A stretch of DNA of 64,000 nt from the NCBI GenBank assembly GCA_965215365.1, contig CBDCDS010000003.1, positions 2,144,001 to 2,208,000 on the forward strand, written 5' to 3'. The notes below the pieces were generated by a model. That model was not told the DNA's origin. It saw only the letters and a list, made by a program, of their open reading frames with translations, and ran no database searches. This DNA comes from Gammaproteobacteria bacterium (GTDB lineage: Bacteria; Pseudomonadota; Gammaproteobacteria; Eutrophobiales; Eutrophobiaceae). The first letter of the stretch is position 1; every line of letters begins with the position of its first letter. Positions 21,726-32,800 of this stretch are shown piece after piece. Made by a program: the position numbers and the translations under genes.

Positions 21726-22069
21726 GCCGGCGTGTCGGCACAAGTGTACGGCGCTGGTGGTATCAACGCTTGTCCGCGGCGGCGCTGCTGCCGCTCAGCC
21801 TGTGGTTGATATATGAGTTCTGCACCCTGGCGTCACTGGATTATGCCGTGGTGCGCGCCTGGCTGGGGACGCCGACAATAACCATCCTGTTTATCCTGCT
21901 CATACCTGCCCTGTATTACCATGCCTTGCTCGGGCTGGAGGAAGTGCTCGAAGACTATGTTGCAGATACCGGCAAGAAGCACACAGCCATCACCCTGACC
22001 AGATTACTGGTAGCCCTGGGCGCTGGCGCCGCGTTGCTGGCCGTGCTGCTGGTGAACCTGGGAGTATAG
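21722..22069 (+). CDS. sdhD: Succinate dehydrogenase hydrophobic membrane anchor
   Basis: WWYQRLSA, HALLGLEEVLEDYV; GTG start overlaps the sdhC stop. Confidence 0.93.
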   Translation: MSRRVGTSVRRWWYQRLSAAALLPLSLWLIYEFCTLASLDYAVVRAWLGTPTITILFILLIPALYYHALLGLEEVLEDYVADTGKKHTAITLTRLLVALGAGAALLAVLLVNLGV

Positions 22070-22072
22070 GCG

Positions 22073-23866
22073 ATGGGTACGGCTTACCCGCTGGTGCGGC
22101 ATGACTATGATGTGGTGGTGGTAGGCGCCGGCGGCGCCGGCCTGCGCGCCACCTTTGGCATGGCAGAGCAAGGCTTGAAAACTGCCTGCATCACCAAGGT
22201 GTTCCCCACCCGCAGCCATACTGTGGCGGCGCAGGGCGGCATGAGCGCGGCGCTGGGCAACATGGGCGCGGACGACTGGCGCTGGCACATGTACGACACC
22301 GTAAAAGGGTCGGACTGGCTGGGCGACCAGGACGCCATCGAATACATGTGCAAGGAAGCGGCGGCGGCGGTGATTGAACTGGAACACTACGGCGTGCCGT
22401 TCTCACGCACCACGGACGGCAAGATCTACCAGCGCCCGTTCGGCGGCATGACCACTAACTTCGGCGAGGGCATTGCGCAGCGCACCTGTGCCGCGGCCGA
22501 CCGCACCGGCCACGCCATCCTGCATACCTTGTACCAGCAATCACTCAAACATGACGCCGAGTTCTTCATCGAATACTTCGCCATCGATCTGGTGATGGAT
22601 GAGGACGGCGCCTGTCGCGGCGTACTGGCCTGGGACCTGGAACAAGGTCGGCTGCACTGTTTTCGCGCCCATACTGTGGTGCTGGCGACCGGCGGCTATG
22701 GGCGCGCCTATTTTTCCTGCACCTCGGCGCATACCTGCACCGGGGACGGCAATGCCATGCTGCTGCGCGCCGGCCTGCCCTTGCAGGACATGGAGTTCAT
22801 CCAGTTTCATCCCACCGGTATCTACGGCGCCGGCGTCCTGATTACCGAGGGGGTGCGCGGCGAAGGCGGTTACCTGACCAACTCGGCGGGCGAGCGTTTC
22901 ATGGAACGCTACGCGCCGAATGCCAAAGACCTGGCGTCGCGTGATGTGGTGAGTCGTTCCATGACTATTGAAATTCGCGAGGGACGCGGTCTCGGCGCAG
23001 AACGCGACCACCTGCACCTGCATCTGGAACACCTGGGGCCGGAAGTGATTCACGAACGCCTGCCCGGCATTGCCGAGTCGGCGCGTATTTTTGCCGGGGT
23101 GGACGTCAGCAAGGCGCCCATCCCGGTGCTGCCGACGGTGCACTACAACATGGGCGGCGTCCCCACCAATTACCACGGTCAGGTAGTCACGCTGCGGGAC
23201 GGCAACCCCGACCATATCGTACCCGGCCTGATGGCTATCGGCGAAGCCGCCTGCGTCTCGGTGCATGGCGCCAACCGCCTCGGTTCCAACAGCTTGCTGG
23301 ACCTGATCGTCTTCGGTCGCGCTGCAGCCCTGTGCGCAGCGCGGGAAATTAAGCCCGGCGCCGCGCATAAACCCCTGGCTGACAGTCTTTTCGAGCCCAC
23401 CCTGGCGCGTTTTGATCGCCGGCGTCATGCCCGCGGGGAGTTACGCACGGCGGCGCTCAGAAACGATATGCAACGCACCATGCAAACCAATGCCGCGGTG
23501 TTTCGCAACGGGGAAATTCTGGCCGAGGGGATGAGTAAAATGGATGCCATCTACCGCTCCTTCGAGCAAGTCAAGGTCTCGGATCGCTCGCTGATCTGGA
23601 ACACCGACCTAGTGGAGACCCTGGAACTGGAAAACCTGTTGCAATGCGCCCAGGCCAGCATCCGCGCCGCCGCCAACCGCACTGAAAGCCGCGGCGCCCA
23701 CGCCCGCGAGGACTACCCGGAACGTGACGATGACAACTGGATGAAACACACCTTATCCTGGCTGCAGCCGGAGAGCGGCGAGGTAAGTTTTGACTACCGG
23801 CCGGTGCACCTGCACACCTTGACCGACGAAGTGGAGACGATAGCGCCCAAAAAACGGGTGTACTAA
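22073..23866 (+). CDS. sdhA: Succinate dehydrogenase flavoprotein subunit
   Basis: [42 protein letters not shown]. Confidence 0.98.
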   Translation: MGTAYPLVRHDYDVVVVGAGGAGLRATFGMAEQGLKTACITKVFPTRSHTVAAQGGMSAALGNMGADDWRWHMYDTVKGSDWLGDQDAIEYMCKEAAAAVIELEHYGVPFSRTTDGKIYQRPFGGMTTNFGEGIAQRTCAAADRTGHAILHTLYQQSLKHDAEFFIEYFAIDLVMDEDGACRGVLAWDLEQGRLHCFRAHTVVLATGGYGRAYFSCTSAHTCTGDGNAMLLRAGLPLQDMEFIQFHPTGIYGAGVLITEGVRGEGGYLTNSAGERFMERYAPNAKDLASRDVVSRSMTIEIREGRGLGAERDHLHLHLEHLGPEVIHERLPGIAESARIFAGVDVSKAPIPVLPTVHYNMGGVPTNYHGQVVTLRDGNPDHIVPGLMAIGEAACVSVHGANRLGSNSLLDLIVFGRAAALCAAREIKPGAAHKPLADSLFEPTLARFDRRRHARGELRTAALRNDMQRTMQTNAAVFRNGEILAEGMSKMDAIYRSFEQVKVSDRSLIWNTDLVETLELENLLQCAQASIRAAANRTESRGAHAREDYPERDDDNWMKHTLSWLQPESGEVSFDYRPVHLHTLTDEVETIAPKKRVY

Positions 23867-23881
23867 ACCAAGAGATAGTCT

Positions 23882-24664
23882 ATGGCACAATTCACCTTAC
23901 CGAAAAACTCAAAAGTCAAGCAGGGCAAGTCGTTTCCGCTGCACGGAACGGGCGCGCGCAAGCAAACCTTGCGCGTGTATCGCTGGGACCCGGATGCGGG
24001 AGAAAACCCGCGCCTGGACAGCTACGAAATCGATCCTGACCAGTGTGGACAGATGGTACTGGATGCGCTGATCCATATCAAAAATGAGATAGACCCGACC
24101 CTGACATTCCGCCGTTCCTGCCGCGAGGGCATCTGTGGCTCCTGTGCCATGAACATTGACGGGGTGAATACTCTGGCCTGCACCCGCCCCCTCAGCGACC
24201 TCAGGCAGGACCTCAGGGTCTATCCGCTGCCGCATACTCCCGTAGTGAAGGATCTGGTGCCCGACCTGAAGCATTTCTATGCGCAATATACGCACATCAA
24301 ACCCTGGATGCAGACCGACGCCCCGGTGCCGGCACAAGGTGAACGCTTGCAATCCAGGCAAGATCGGGAAAAACTCGATGGCCTGTACGAGTGCATCCTG
24401 TGCGCTTGCTGCTCCACCTCCTGCCCCAGTTACTGGTGGAACAGTGAGCGCTACCTGGGCCCGGCGGCCCTGTTGCAGGCTTACCGCTGGATCATCGACA
24501 GCCGGGACGAGAATACCGAGGCGCGCCTAGACGCGCTGCAAGACCCGTTCAGCATGTATCGCTGCCACACCATTATGAACTGCACCAACACCTGCCCCAA
24601 GGGCCTGAACCCGGCCAAGGCCATCGCCGGGATTAAGCAACGGTTGGCGGCCAAGGCGTTTTGA
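23882..24664 (+). CDS. sdhB: Succinate dehydrogenase iron-sulfur subunit
   Basis: [38 protein letters not shown]. Confidence 0.98.
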   Translation: MAQFTLPKNSKVKQGKSFPLHGTGARKQTLRVYRWDPDAGENPRLDSYEIDPDQCGQMVLDALIHIKNEIDPTLTFRRSCREGICGSCAMNIDGVNTLACTRPLSDLRQDLRVYPLPHTPVVKDLVPDLKHFYAQYTHIKPWMQTDAPVPAQGERLQSRQDREKLDGLYECILCACCSTSCPSYWWNSERYLGPAALLQAYRWIIDSRDENTEARLDALQDPFSMYRCHTIMNCTNTCPKGLNPAKAIAGIKQRLAAKAF

Positions 24665-24680
24665 TGGATTCCTGCCCCCC

Positions 24681-24732
24681 CTTGCGCGTCATTCATTGCC
24701 TCTAGGGAGGGACGCAATGAATGACGCGCAAG
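24681..24732. repeat. Perfect 19-bp-stem hairpin covering the sdhE start codon
   Basis: CTTGCGCGTCATTCATTGC (24681-24699) / GCAATGAATGACGCGCAAG (24714-24732); GGGAGG in the loop. Confidence 0.85.
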
Positions 24733-24977
24733 AGGAACTGAAACGGCTGTACTGGCGCTGCCGGCGTGGCACCCGGGAACTGGACCTGTTGCTGCTGCGC
24801 TTCCTAGAACGGGACTATCCGGGTTTGCCGGCAACAGCGCAAGCCCTGTTCGGAAGCCTGCTTGAGGAGAGCGATCCTGATCTGTATGCCTGGTTCAGCG
24901 GGCAGTGCGAACCGTCCAACCCGGACTACCTGTTTATTATCGATAGAGTTAAAGCAGCCTCTAACAATGAACGCTGA
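24717..24977 (+). CDS. sdhE: Succinate dehydrogenase assembly factor SdhE (YgfY)
   Basis: RLYWRCRRGTRELD, LLEESDPDLYAW. Confidence 0.93.
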   Translation: MNDAQEELKRLYWRCRRGTRELDLLLLRFLERDYPGLPATAQALFGSLLEESDPDLYAWFSGQCEPSNPDYLFIIDRVKAASNNER

Positions 24978-25680
24978 ACTGTCCGGTTTCCTCACCGCCA
25001 TCCGCATCGCAGGCGCCGACGCGGCGCCATTCCTGCACGGGCAATTCACCACCGATGTCGCCGGGCTTGGCAACGATCAGGCCGGGCTCAGCGCCTGGTG
25101 CGACCCCAGGGGGCGGGTGCTGTTCACCTTCATGCTGGTGCGGCAGGATAACACCTTCCTGTTACTGCTGCCGCCGCCGCTGCAGGAAGCATTCAGCAAG
25201 CGGTTGCGCCTGTACATACTGCGCGCCGCTGTGGTCATCAGCGCGGCGGAAACAGCGGCAGCCCCCCCCCTGCCCGGTCTGTCCGCAACCGCCACAACCT
25301 CCCCGGCCGCGACCTTCATCAGGCAAGGGTTCCCCCTGCTCCACCCCCAAACCAGCGGCCGCTTCCTGCCCCAGGAACTGAATCTGGATGACTTGGGCGC
25401 CTTGTCCTTCAGCAAAGGCTGCTACCCCGGCCAGGAGATTATCGCCCGCCTGCGCTACCGCGGCGATGTCAAACGCCGCCTGTGCCGGGCCACCACGGGC
25501 AACCCGACTCCCCTGCAACCCGGCGCGGCGCTACGCCTTGAAGGAGAAGGCCGGCAGGTCGGCACAGTAATAAACTCGGCAATCACCGATGCTGGTCAGG
25601 AATTACTGGCCGTCGTGGAACAGCCATTTATTGAAACCGGACGCGCAGCCGCAGACGGCTTTCCGGTTATCGTCAATTAA
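24967..25680 (+). CDS. ygfZ: Folate-binding protein YgfZ (short variant)
   Basis: GADAAPFLHGQFT, FLPQELNLD, SFSKGCYPGQEIIAR. Confidence 0.88.
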   Translation: MNAELSGFLTAIRIAGADAAPFLHGQFTTDVAGLGNDQAGLSAWCDPRGRVLFTFMLVRQDNTFLLLLPPPLQEAFSKRLRLYILRAAVVISAAETAAAPPLPGLSATATTSPAATFIRQGFPLLHPQTSGRFLPQELNLDDLGALSFSKGCYPGQEIIARLRYRGDVKRRLCRATTGNPTPLQPGAALRLEGEGRQVGTVINSAITDAGQELLAVVEQPFIETGRAAADGFPVIVN

Positions 25681-25685
25681 AGAGG

Positions 25686-26012
25686 TCAATTCGCCACAGG
25701 CGCTTGAATTGGTTTTATTTTTTCCAGTTCGTAGCTCAAGCCCTGCTCTGCACGGCATAGATCATAGTTCTGTTGCAACCTCAACCAGACCCCCGGCCCG
25801 TTACCCACCAACCTGCCTATCCGCAACGCCATTTCCACCGTCACCGGATGAGTACAAGCCAGTACTCGATGAAGTTGCTGACGTGAGATGCCCAACCGCC
25901 GCGCCATTTCACTGACTGATAAACCCAGCGTCGACAGCACATCTTCACGCAGGACTTCACCCGGATGCACCGACCGGCGTCTTAATGGGCGTTTTACAGT
26001 GTACTCAGTCAC
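25686..26012 (-). CDS. higA: HigA-family antitoxin (XRE HTH), orphan
   Basis: HPGEVLRED, ARRLGISRQQL, EMALRIGR, WLRLQQNYDL; GTG 26012 overlaps the res stop. Confidence 0.85.
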   Translation of the reverse strand: MTEYTVKRPLRRRSVHPGEVLREDVLSTLGLSVSEMARRLGISRQQLHRVLACTHPVTVEMALRIGRLVGNGPGVWLRLQQNYDLCRAEQGLSYELEKIKPIQAPVAN

Positions 26013-29000
26013 TTTCTCGCTCCAATACGTTTGCAATAACTTGTTTCAAACAATCACGCTCATTCAGGAAGTAAACCCCGTCCCCTTTCCATTCCTCCAG
26101 GGAACGTGGCGCGCCGTCAATCTGATGCGCCGGCGTCACTGACAGCACGTAAGCGCTCAGGCGCAGGTTGGGGTCGATGTTGCATACCTGCTGTTCAACT
26201 TCCTTTATCGTGTGGTGCAGCCGTACCTTTTTTTGCTCTTTGGGCCCATACCGGCCCAGCCCTTTCGGATCAAGGAAAATCACATGCTGGCAATGCTTGT
26301 CTTGCAACCAGACAATGAAATCCGGGTAATAGCTGAAATCATCGAAAAATGATACGCCGCGACCGCGGGAAAGATTGCGTATCAGATATAACTCCTTGTC
26401 CTGCAGGCACGGGTCCCGGGGTTCTGCCAATTCCCTGAGTTTTTCCACCACCTTTTTTTCATCCATATTCAGGGCAACCGGGCGTATCGTCACCTTGCAA
26501 TCCGGCGCCGCGTACAGCAAAGGCTGGTAAGCATGAGCCTCCGTCATGATCATGCCCAGTTTCGAATTATAAAGATAACCTTCCCGAAGGTTGTCTGACA
26601 ATTCATGAATATCCCTGACCAGATGTTTTTGCGTCACTGCTGCCGATAGTTCATATTGTTTAACGTTGTTACTGTCATTCTCGCTCAGCGTGACCACTTC
26701 GATGTGCTCGCTCTCCCAGAGCCGCCGCCGTGCGCGCCAGAACTGGTTGACATACTCGGTGACAAGCTCAAGCGCAATCTCTTCTAACTCCTGTAACCCC
26801 TTGAAATTATTCAGGCACAACCGTTCTCGTGGCATGTACAGCACATACCAGTCATGATTTTGCAGGAGCTGCTCGATAGTCTCATATCTTATAACCAGGT
26901 TGTGCCAGTGATGCTGTTGCTTACGCGCCAGCAGCCGGTGGTAAATCCGTGCAGTGTTGAAAAATGTACGATGCGCTTTGAGCTTGACTGATTCTTCTGC
27001 AACCGCGGGTTCGGAAACCCTGTCGCCTGAGGCCATGGATTGCAGACGGGGATATAAGTTCAACGTTACCAGTGGTCGGTTCGGCGCGTCGGGGTTTGGC
27101 AGCACTGGCCGCTGCTCGGACAACTCAAATTTCCGGTTATCCTTGATACGAATCAGCTTCAATTCGGGCTTCCTGCCGAAATTCCAGGTAACGGGCAATT
27201 TGACGGTATCCTGTTCCCCCAACATATCTTCTTTTTCCATCAGATTACGAAAAGCCTGCATATAGTTGGCGCGCAAGCCGAAAATGTACAAGGTTTCAAG
27301 TTGCGCCAGCTCAGCGCTGTCATCCGGCAATGCCGCACCGCTGCTGCGATGGCGTTTCAGGCTCATGTTCCAGCCTTTCAGGCGCACCCCGCGCCCGAAC
27401 ATCTGGATAATTTCCGGCCCCTCGCCCACACCGACGTGCATTAAGCCCATGACGCTGACCCGCCAGGAATTCCAGCCGGCGATAAACCGGCGCGCGCCGA
27501 TGACGATATTCACCGGCGAGTTGGGCTGGTCCACCTGCGCGAACAGTTTTTCTGCAAACCCTGCTTCCCGTTCAATGACGATATCCGGGTTGGCGTCTGC
27601 CAGTAACAGTTTATGCAGCGCGGTGGCATCGCCGATGTTGACCACGCCAAATACGGGATTATCGGCGCTGCGTAAGTGCAGCTCCCCTTCTCCGGCAGTG
27701 AGATAGGCAACATGCAGCGGGCCCGGGCCATTGCACAAGGTTTCGCAGATGTCGGCGTACAGGTCATTTTTGGAATTGCGCTGAAGGTAGTCAAACCAGC
27801 CGTGAAAGTAATCCTCCCCGCGTTCGTCAGGCAGGCCGGACTGACCGGTGAGCAAGCGGGTCAGCATCTCCCGCACCTGCCCGCCGTGCGCCAGCACCCA
27901 GGCCAGGAAATTCAGGATGCGAATAACGTCTGATCTGGTCGTCTGATCTGCTTTGCTCGAACCGGTGACGGTCTTGCCGAGAAATACCCACAGTGGTTGG
28001 GTCACGTTAAATGATGTCCAGCGCGCGCCCTGATCGAGCCAGATGCGATACTGCTGGTAGAACGTCAGCAGACAACCCAGCAGGTACATGTTACTGCCGG
28101 CGTCTTCCATACCGCCGGGCAGGTTGGATATGGCGTAGTCTTTGCCATAACCATCTTCGTGAAACTGGCGATAGCTGTAATCAAACAGCAGACATTTCCC
28201 ATAGGTATCCAGCAGGCCGGCATCCTTGTTACTCACCACCTGATTGAAGGTCGCGGAATATTCAAAGGTAAAACCGCCGCGGGACAACTCTCGGCGCCGC
28301 GCCCGCCAGACCTTGCCGGATGCGCCCAGGTGTCCCTCATCGACCAACACCAGGTTGTTGTCGCCGAAATCCTGCACGGCGACCCGTTTGACGCCTTTTT
28401 TCTCTGCCAGCTTGTTGAGATCGATGATCTCAATGGGTGACAGTATATCGGCGCCGGCTGCCGCGGAAAATAAACGCGCGCGCAGGCCGCTGGCCCGTAA
28501 CTCGCGTTCATGCTGCATCGACAGCTGCTCGTTCGGCGTCAACAGCACGATATTATTCAACCGCCCGCCGCACCGCCCCAGGTAGCGCTGAAACTGAAGA
28601 ATATGCGCGTGCATCAGCAGCGTCTTGCCGGAACCGGTGGCGCTTTGAAAAGCAAGGGTACGCAGGTCTTCCGTGACGTACTCAGATATCTTTGCCACGT
28701 GCCGATACCCGGCTTTGGCTCTGTTCAAATCAGCGCACAGTTGCTCAGGATCGTCAAAATAGCGGCTGAGGTAGCGCTCGGTGAACAGCAAGGCAAGATA
28801 TTGGTAGGCTTTCCACCCGCGCCCGTGTTCCTCGGTCATACGCAAGGTGCGGCTGTGGCTGACTATGTTGGCGTCGTATTCGCACAGTTGCTCGGGAGAG
28901 ACGCGCGCCCGCCCCGGATGCAGGTACAAGGCCTGCGCATACTCACTCTCGCCATTGGGCGTAAACCCCGACGGCACATCCCTGAGCCGGCCCAACATCT

Positions 29001-29073
29001 CGCGCAGGTTTTCATAGCCAAATTCCTGGCAAAGGAAACGGTGCAGGATGAGGCGGTTTTGCAGTAGCAGCAT
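26005..29073 (-). CDS. res: Type III restriction endonuclease Res subunit (SF2 helicase + PD-(D/E)xK nuclease)
   Basis: SATGSGKT, LVDEGH, FEYSATF, QMFGRGVRL, C-terminal YYPDFIVW...FLDPKG. Confidence 0.9.
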   Translation of the reverse strand: MLLLQNRLILHRFLCQEFGYENLREMLGRLRDVPSGFTPNGESEYAQALYLHPGRARVSPEQLCEYDANIVSHSRTLRMTEEHGRGWKAYQYLALLFTERYLSRYFDDPEQLCADLNRAKAGYRHVAKISEYVTEDLRTLAFQSATGSGKTLLMHAHILQFQRYLGRCGGRLNNIVLLTPNEQLSMQHERELRASGLRARLFSAAAGADILSPIEIIDLNKLAEKKGVKRVAVQDFGDNNLVLVDEGHLGASGKVWRARRRELSRGGFTFEYSATFNQVVSNKDAGLLDTYGKCLLFDYSYRQFHEDGYGKDYAISNLPGGMEDAGSNMYLLGCLLTFYQQYRIWLDQGARWTSFNVTQPLWVFLGKTVTGSSKADQTTRSDVIRILNFLAWVLAHGGQVREMLTRLLTGQSGLPDERGEDYFHGWFDYLQRNSKNDLYADICETLCNGPGPLHVAYLTAGEGELHLRSADNPVFGVVNIGDATALHKLLLADANPDIVIEREAGFAEKLFAQVDQPNSPVNIVIGARRFIAGWNSWRVSVMGLMHVGVGEGPEIIQMFGRGVRLKGWNMSLKRHRSSGAALPDDSAELAQLETLYIFGLRANYMQAFRNLMEKEDMLGEQDTVKLPVTWNFGRKPELKLIRIKDNRKFELSEQRPVLPNPDAPNRPLVTLNLYPRLQSMASGDRVSEPAVAEESVKLKAHRTFFNTARIYHRLLARKQQHHWHNLVIRYETIEQLLQNHDWYVLYMPRERLCLNNFKGLQELEEIALELVTEYVNQFWRARRRLWESEHIEVVTLSENDSNNVKQYELSAAVTQKHLVRDIHELSDNLREGYLYNSKLGMIMTEAHAYQPLLYAAPDCKVTIRPVALNMDEKKVVEKLRELAEPRDPCLQDKELYLIRNLSRGRGVSFFDDFSYYPDFIVWLQDKHCQHVIFLDPKGLGRYGPKEQKKVRLHHTIKEVEQQVCNIDPNLRLSAYVLSVTPAHQIDGAPRSLEEWKGDGVYFLNERDCLKQVIANVLERESD

Positions 29074-29075
29074 CG

Positions 29076-29531
29076 TCAGTCAATCGAGGGGCCTGGTTCG
29101 TGCACCCTCCATTCTGTTTTACTTTGGATATGATGTAATGCGTCAGCCGCATTCAGAATTCGTATCCCCTGCCAGGGATGAAGCGTCAAAAGATCACCGT
29201 CGCCACTAACAATGAGATCAGCTTGTGCAGCCAATGCCGTAGCAATTACCACATCGTCATCAACATCACGGACGGTGCGTTCAAGCGGTTTTGGTTTCAC
29301 AAGTTCGGTTAGCGCTCCATAGCGTTGCAGCAAATAAGACCGGGTGATTCTCTGTGACGCTAACATTGTTGTAAACTTCTCCCTTCCCAATACCTCAAAC
29401 AACTCATCAAGTAATTCGCTACTGGTGAGTAATTTTATGAGGCTGTCGCGACCATATTCAAGTAATTGCCGCGGCCTCCCATCCCAGAGTAAACCTGATA
29501 CAACGATATTGGTGTCAAGCACCACGCGCAC
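29076..29531 (-). CDS. PIN-domain toxin (PIN_3-like putative TA toxin)
   Basis: MRVVLDTNIVVSGLL, RDVDDDVVIATA, IVSGDGDLL. Confidence 0.9.
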   Translation of the reverse strand: MRVVLDTNIVVSGLLWDGRPRQLLEYGRDSLIKLLTSSELLDELFEVLGREKFTTMLASQRITRSYLLQRYGALTELVKPKPLERTVRDVDDDVVIATALAAQADLIVSGDGDLLTLHPWQGIRILNAADALHHIQSKTEWRVHEPGPSID

Positions 29532-29760
29532 GCCGTTTTCTCTGTGCGCGCACCGCGTTGACTTCCTGTTGAACCTCTTCCGGTGTCATGGGAGGAAAAT
29601 CAGCTGCCACCAGCTTGCCCGTGGCTTTGAACAGGTCGTCCACAGCAAGCCGGTGTAACGCCTCTCGCAACAAAACCTCAAGCGCATCAGGCGCAAGCAA
29701 CCCCGCTTTTGCAGCTTCATCAGCCAGATTGTCCGGTAAATCAATGGTCAGTGTTTTCAT
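29515..29760 (-). CDS. Putative antitoxin partner of the PIN toxin
   Basis: 81 aa, MKTLTIDLPDNLA (RHH-like start), EEVQQEVNAVRAQR; overlaps the PIN start. Confidence 0.8.
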   Translation of the reverse strand: MKTLTIDLPDNLADEAAKAGLLAPDALEVLLREALHRLAVDDLFKATGKLVAADFPPMTPEEVQQEVNAVRAQRKRRARGA

Positions 29761-29828
29761 GATCGGGCTTTTCTAATCCAGGTAACCTCTACTCATCTGA
29801 AGGTTCATCAGAAGATATAAGTATCTCA

Positions 29829-32800
29829 CTATATTTCAGCCTTGAACATCAGTTCACGAAAAACTGTCTCAATCGTGCTGGCGCTCCAGCTTTCGTTGGC
29901 TTGTTTCAGGGCGTTAAGGGTGTGATCGCCATTGACGTAAATGACATCGAAGGGGGCGAAGCGTTGGCGCTGGTGGGTAAACCAGGCATCCAGATTGGCG
30001 TTGTCCATTGCTTCCTGATTGCGCCACAGGATTAAGCATCTGCGGCCTTGCGGGTCGGCGCCGGTAATGGTGAGCACATCTTCGATGGTTTGTCTGGTTG
30101 CGACGCGCAGGCCGACAAGAAAGTTGAACGTTTCAGGCAGGTCAACCGGCGCTTCGCCTCTGGCGCCATCGCGTACCACTGACAGGGTATAGGCGAACGG
30201 GTTTATGAAACTTTTCCCGGCCAGGGAGGCGCTGCCGGTTGTTTCTTCACCGAGTGCGTAGCGTAGCTGGTAGTCTTCACGCAGAGCCGGATTTTGGGTC
30301 AGCAGATCCTGTTGCGGGGAAGACGGCGGGGTCAGTTCCAGGCTGTCCAGCGTGTCTTCATAAGATTCCAGCCGCAGGTACTTGAAGAATTGGCCGGAAC
30401 CATTGCGGGAAACCGGCTTGCCGTCTTTCCAGTCCGGTGAATAGATCACTTTTTTGAGGCGCGGCAGCAGCACGGTGTCGAAATGATCGCCGACTTCCAC
30501 CAGTATGTACTTGCGTTGGCCTGCATCTTCGCGGTTGAGGTTGATGACCGCATGGCCGGTGGTGCCGGAGCCGGCGAAGTAGTCAAGAATAACACCTGTG
30601 GCACCGTCAACAGCAGCCGCAACCAATTCCTCATAAAGGACAACCGAATGACAATACGGAAAATCAAGACCTAATCTACCAAGCTCCTGTTTTCCTGTAC
30701 GGGATTCCTGTATTACTGATGATGCTTGTTTTCTCGTTTGATTCGTAAGAACGACCTTTTGACGAGGCTGCGTGCTCTCGTCTGCACCGAAGATAATCTC
30801 ACCTCTTTCCATCATGGCTTGCAGCGTTTCGGGCGTGCGAGAAAAACCATTTGGTGGAACGGGGCAAGGTTTCCCGGTAGCAGGGTGCATGAGCGGAATG
30901 TGAAACTTGGGATCTATTCGTGGCTCTGGCGCTCTCAGGCTGACACTTTGACAAATTTTCCCATTGTCATCTAAATACCTGTATGCCTTCTCGCCTCCGG
31001 TTAATTGTTTATTTTTTGCTACATATTGAGCATATTCTTTTCTGGCATCTTCGGACACACCGCCACACTTCTTGATTATTCTTTCGGCAGCCTTCAGCAG
31101 TAAAGATACACCGCCATTTTTGCCATTTCTCAAGTATATTGGCGCGTCTTTATTTGACTTCCAGATGACGTACTCATGTTGCAGAGCCAAACCACGGCCT
31201 GCGTTCATCGGATTCATCTTGTCCCATACTGCTGTCCCGGCAGTTCGGATGGGGAGCCGGTCAAAAAGAAGATGCAACAGCTCGTATTCATTTTCGTCAA
31301 TGTGACAGAGATACGAGGCGTCGGCGTCTAAAATATTCATGGAAACCAGCATCCTGCTTTCCATGAATGCCATCCAGCTTGAATGACGATAACCGTTCTT
31401 ATAAAGGAACCCACTCGTATCAGTGTTGTATGGTGGGTCTATGTGAACACACTTTACCTGTTTTTCGTACTGTTTCTGCAAAAAATTCAACGCCTGAAAA
31501 TTCTCCCCATGCACCAGCAGACCATCCAACTGTTCCTCCAGTGACCCCTCAGCAGACAAGGCCGCTAATAACCGGTCAGTAAACCCGCTGTCGAAATGAC
31601 GCGTGTCAAGCGCCAGATACGGATTGTGCTTGAGAAAATCAATGGTCAGGGGATTGGTATAGCCGGCGTTGCCATTGCCGAGGTTGCTCTCAATCTCATC
31701 AATGGCAAACAGCTCCACCCATTCATCATGTTGCGCGGTATTTTGGGCAATCTCCGGGTAGAGCGTTTGCGGCACTTTGTCCAGGGTGACGCAGTACTGC
31801 GTGTCCAGTACAAACTTCTTCTTCAGCCACAGCTGTTTCTGAAAATCTTCCAGTTGCGCCAGGAAGGCGATGATCTTGTGCGCCACCTGTCGCACCGCCC
31901 GGGTGCGCGCCAGGGCGCGTTGCAGGCGCAAGGTGTCGCCGGCCTCCAGGTCGTCCAGGTTCAGCACATCGGTCTTTAAGTATAAATCGAGTTCCCGCCG
32001 CAGGAACCCGCCCAGGTCTTTGTGGATGAAGTAATCGAAGCTGTTCTTGGCGGTGTAGGTCGCCAAGTGTTTGTCCAGCACGGTGCGCTGCGGATTATTT
32101 TCCGTCGGCGCACCCACTGCCAGTAATACCTGCCAGGCAGGTTCCAGGCTGTCCAGGATGCGTTCTGCAACAGCTTGGTTGATGGTCTCCTGCTGTTTGC
32201 TGCCATTGCCATTCCAGGTTTTCTTTTCGTTCTCGGTCAGCGGCCGGTGGGTGAACCTGACGACAAGCTCATCACGGGTGATTTCAACTGCGTTGATGCC
32301 AGCGCCTTGCGCCAGCAGGAAACGCCGCTGGCGGCCGTTGGCTTCCTTGATATTGTCCTTCTCATTATCGGCTCTGGCGGTTTCAAAGCGCACGCGACGC
32401 TGTTCGGCGCCGGCGCCAACCGTGAAAACGTAGCAGGCATAGTTTTCAGTGGTCTTGATGTAATACTGGTCGGCGTTGGCCCAGTGCAGTTTAACCTCTT
32501 CCCCATCGTAAGGGAGCAGGTAGGTGGGCTGGCCGCCGCCTGAGTAACGGCGTAATGACATGAAGTCGCCGTCGGCGTAATAGCGGGCGAAGAAATTGGC
32601 AAGGTGGTTATAAACGTCCGCTTCTGCCGCCACATCAGCCCTGGCTTCCTTGAGCAGTTGTTGCAGTTCCGTGAATTTTGGCGTGGTCTCGAGATCGATG
32701 CCCAGGTCACCGGCAGTTATACGCGCCTTAACCAGTTCATCTTCCAGGTCAGCCAGAGTCCTGGCAGCATTACCCGTCAACGCATCCTGCACCTGGGGCA

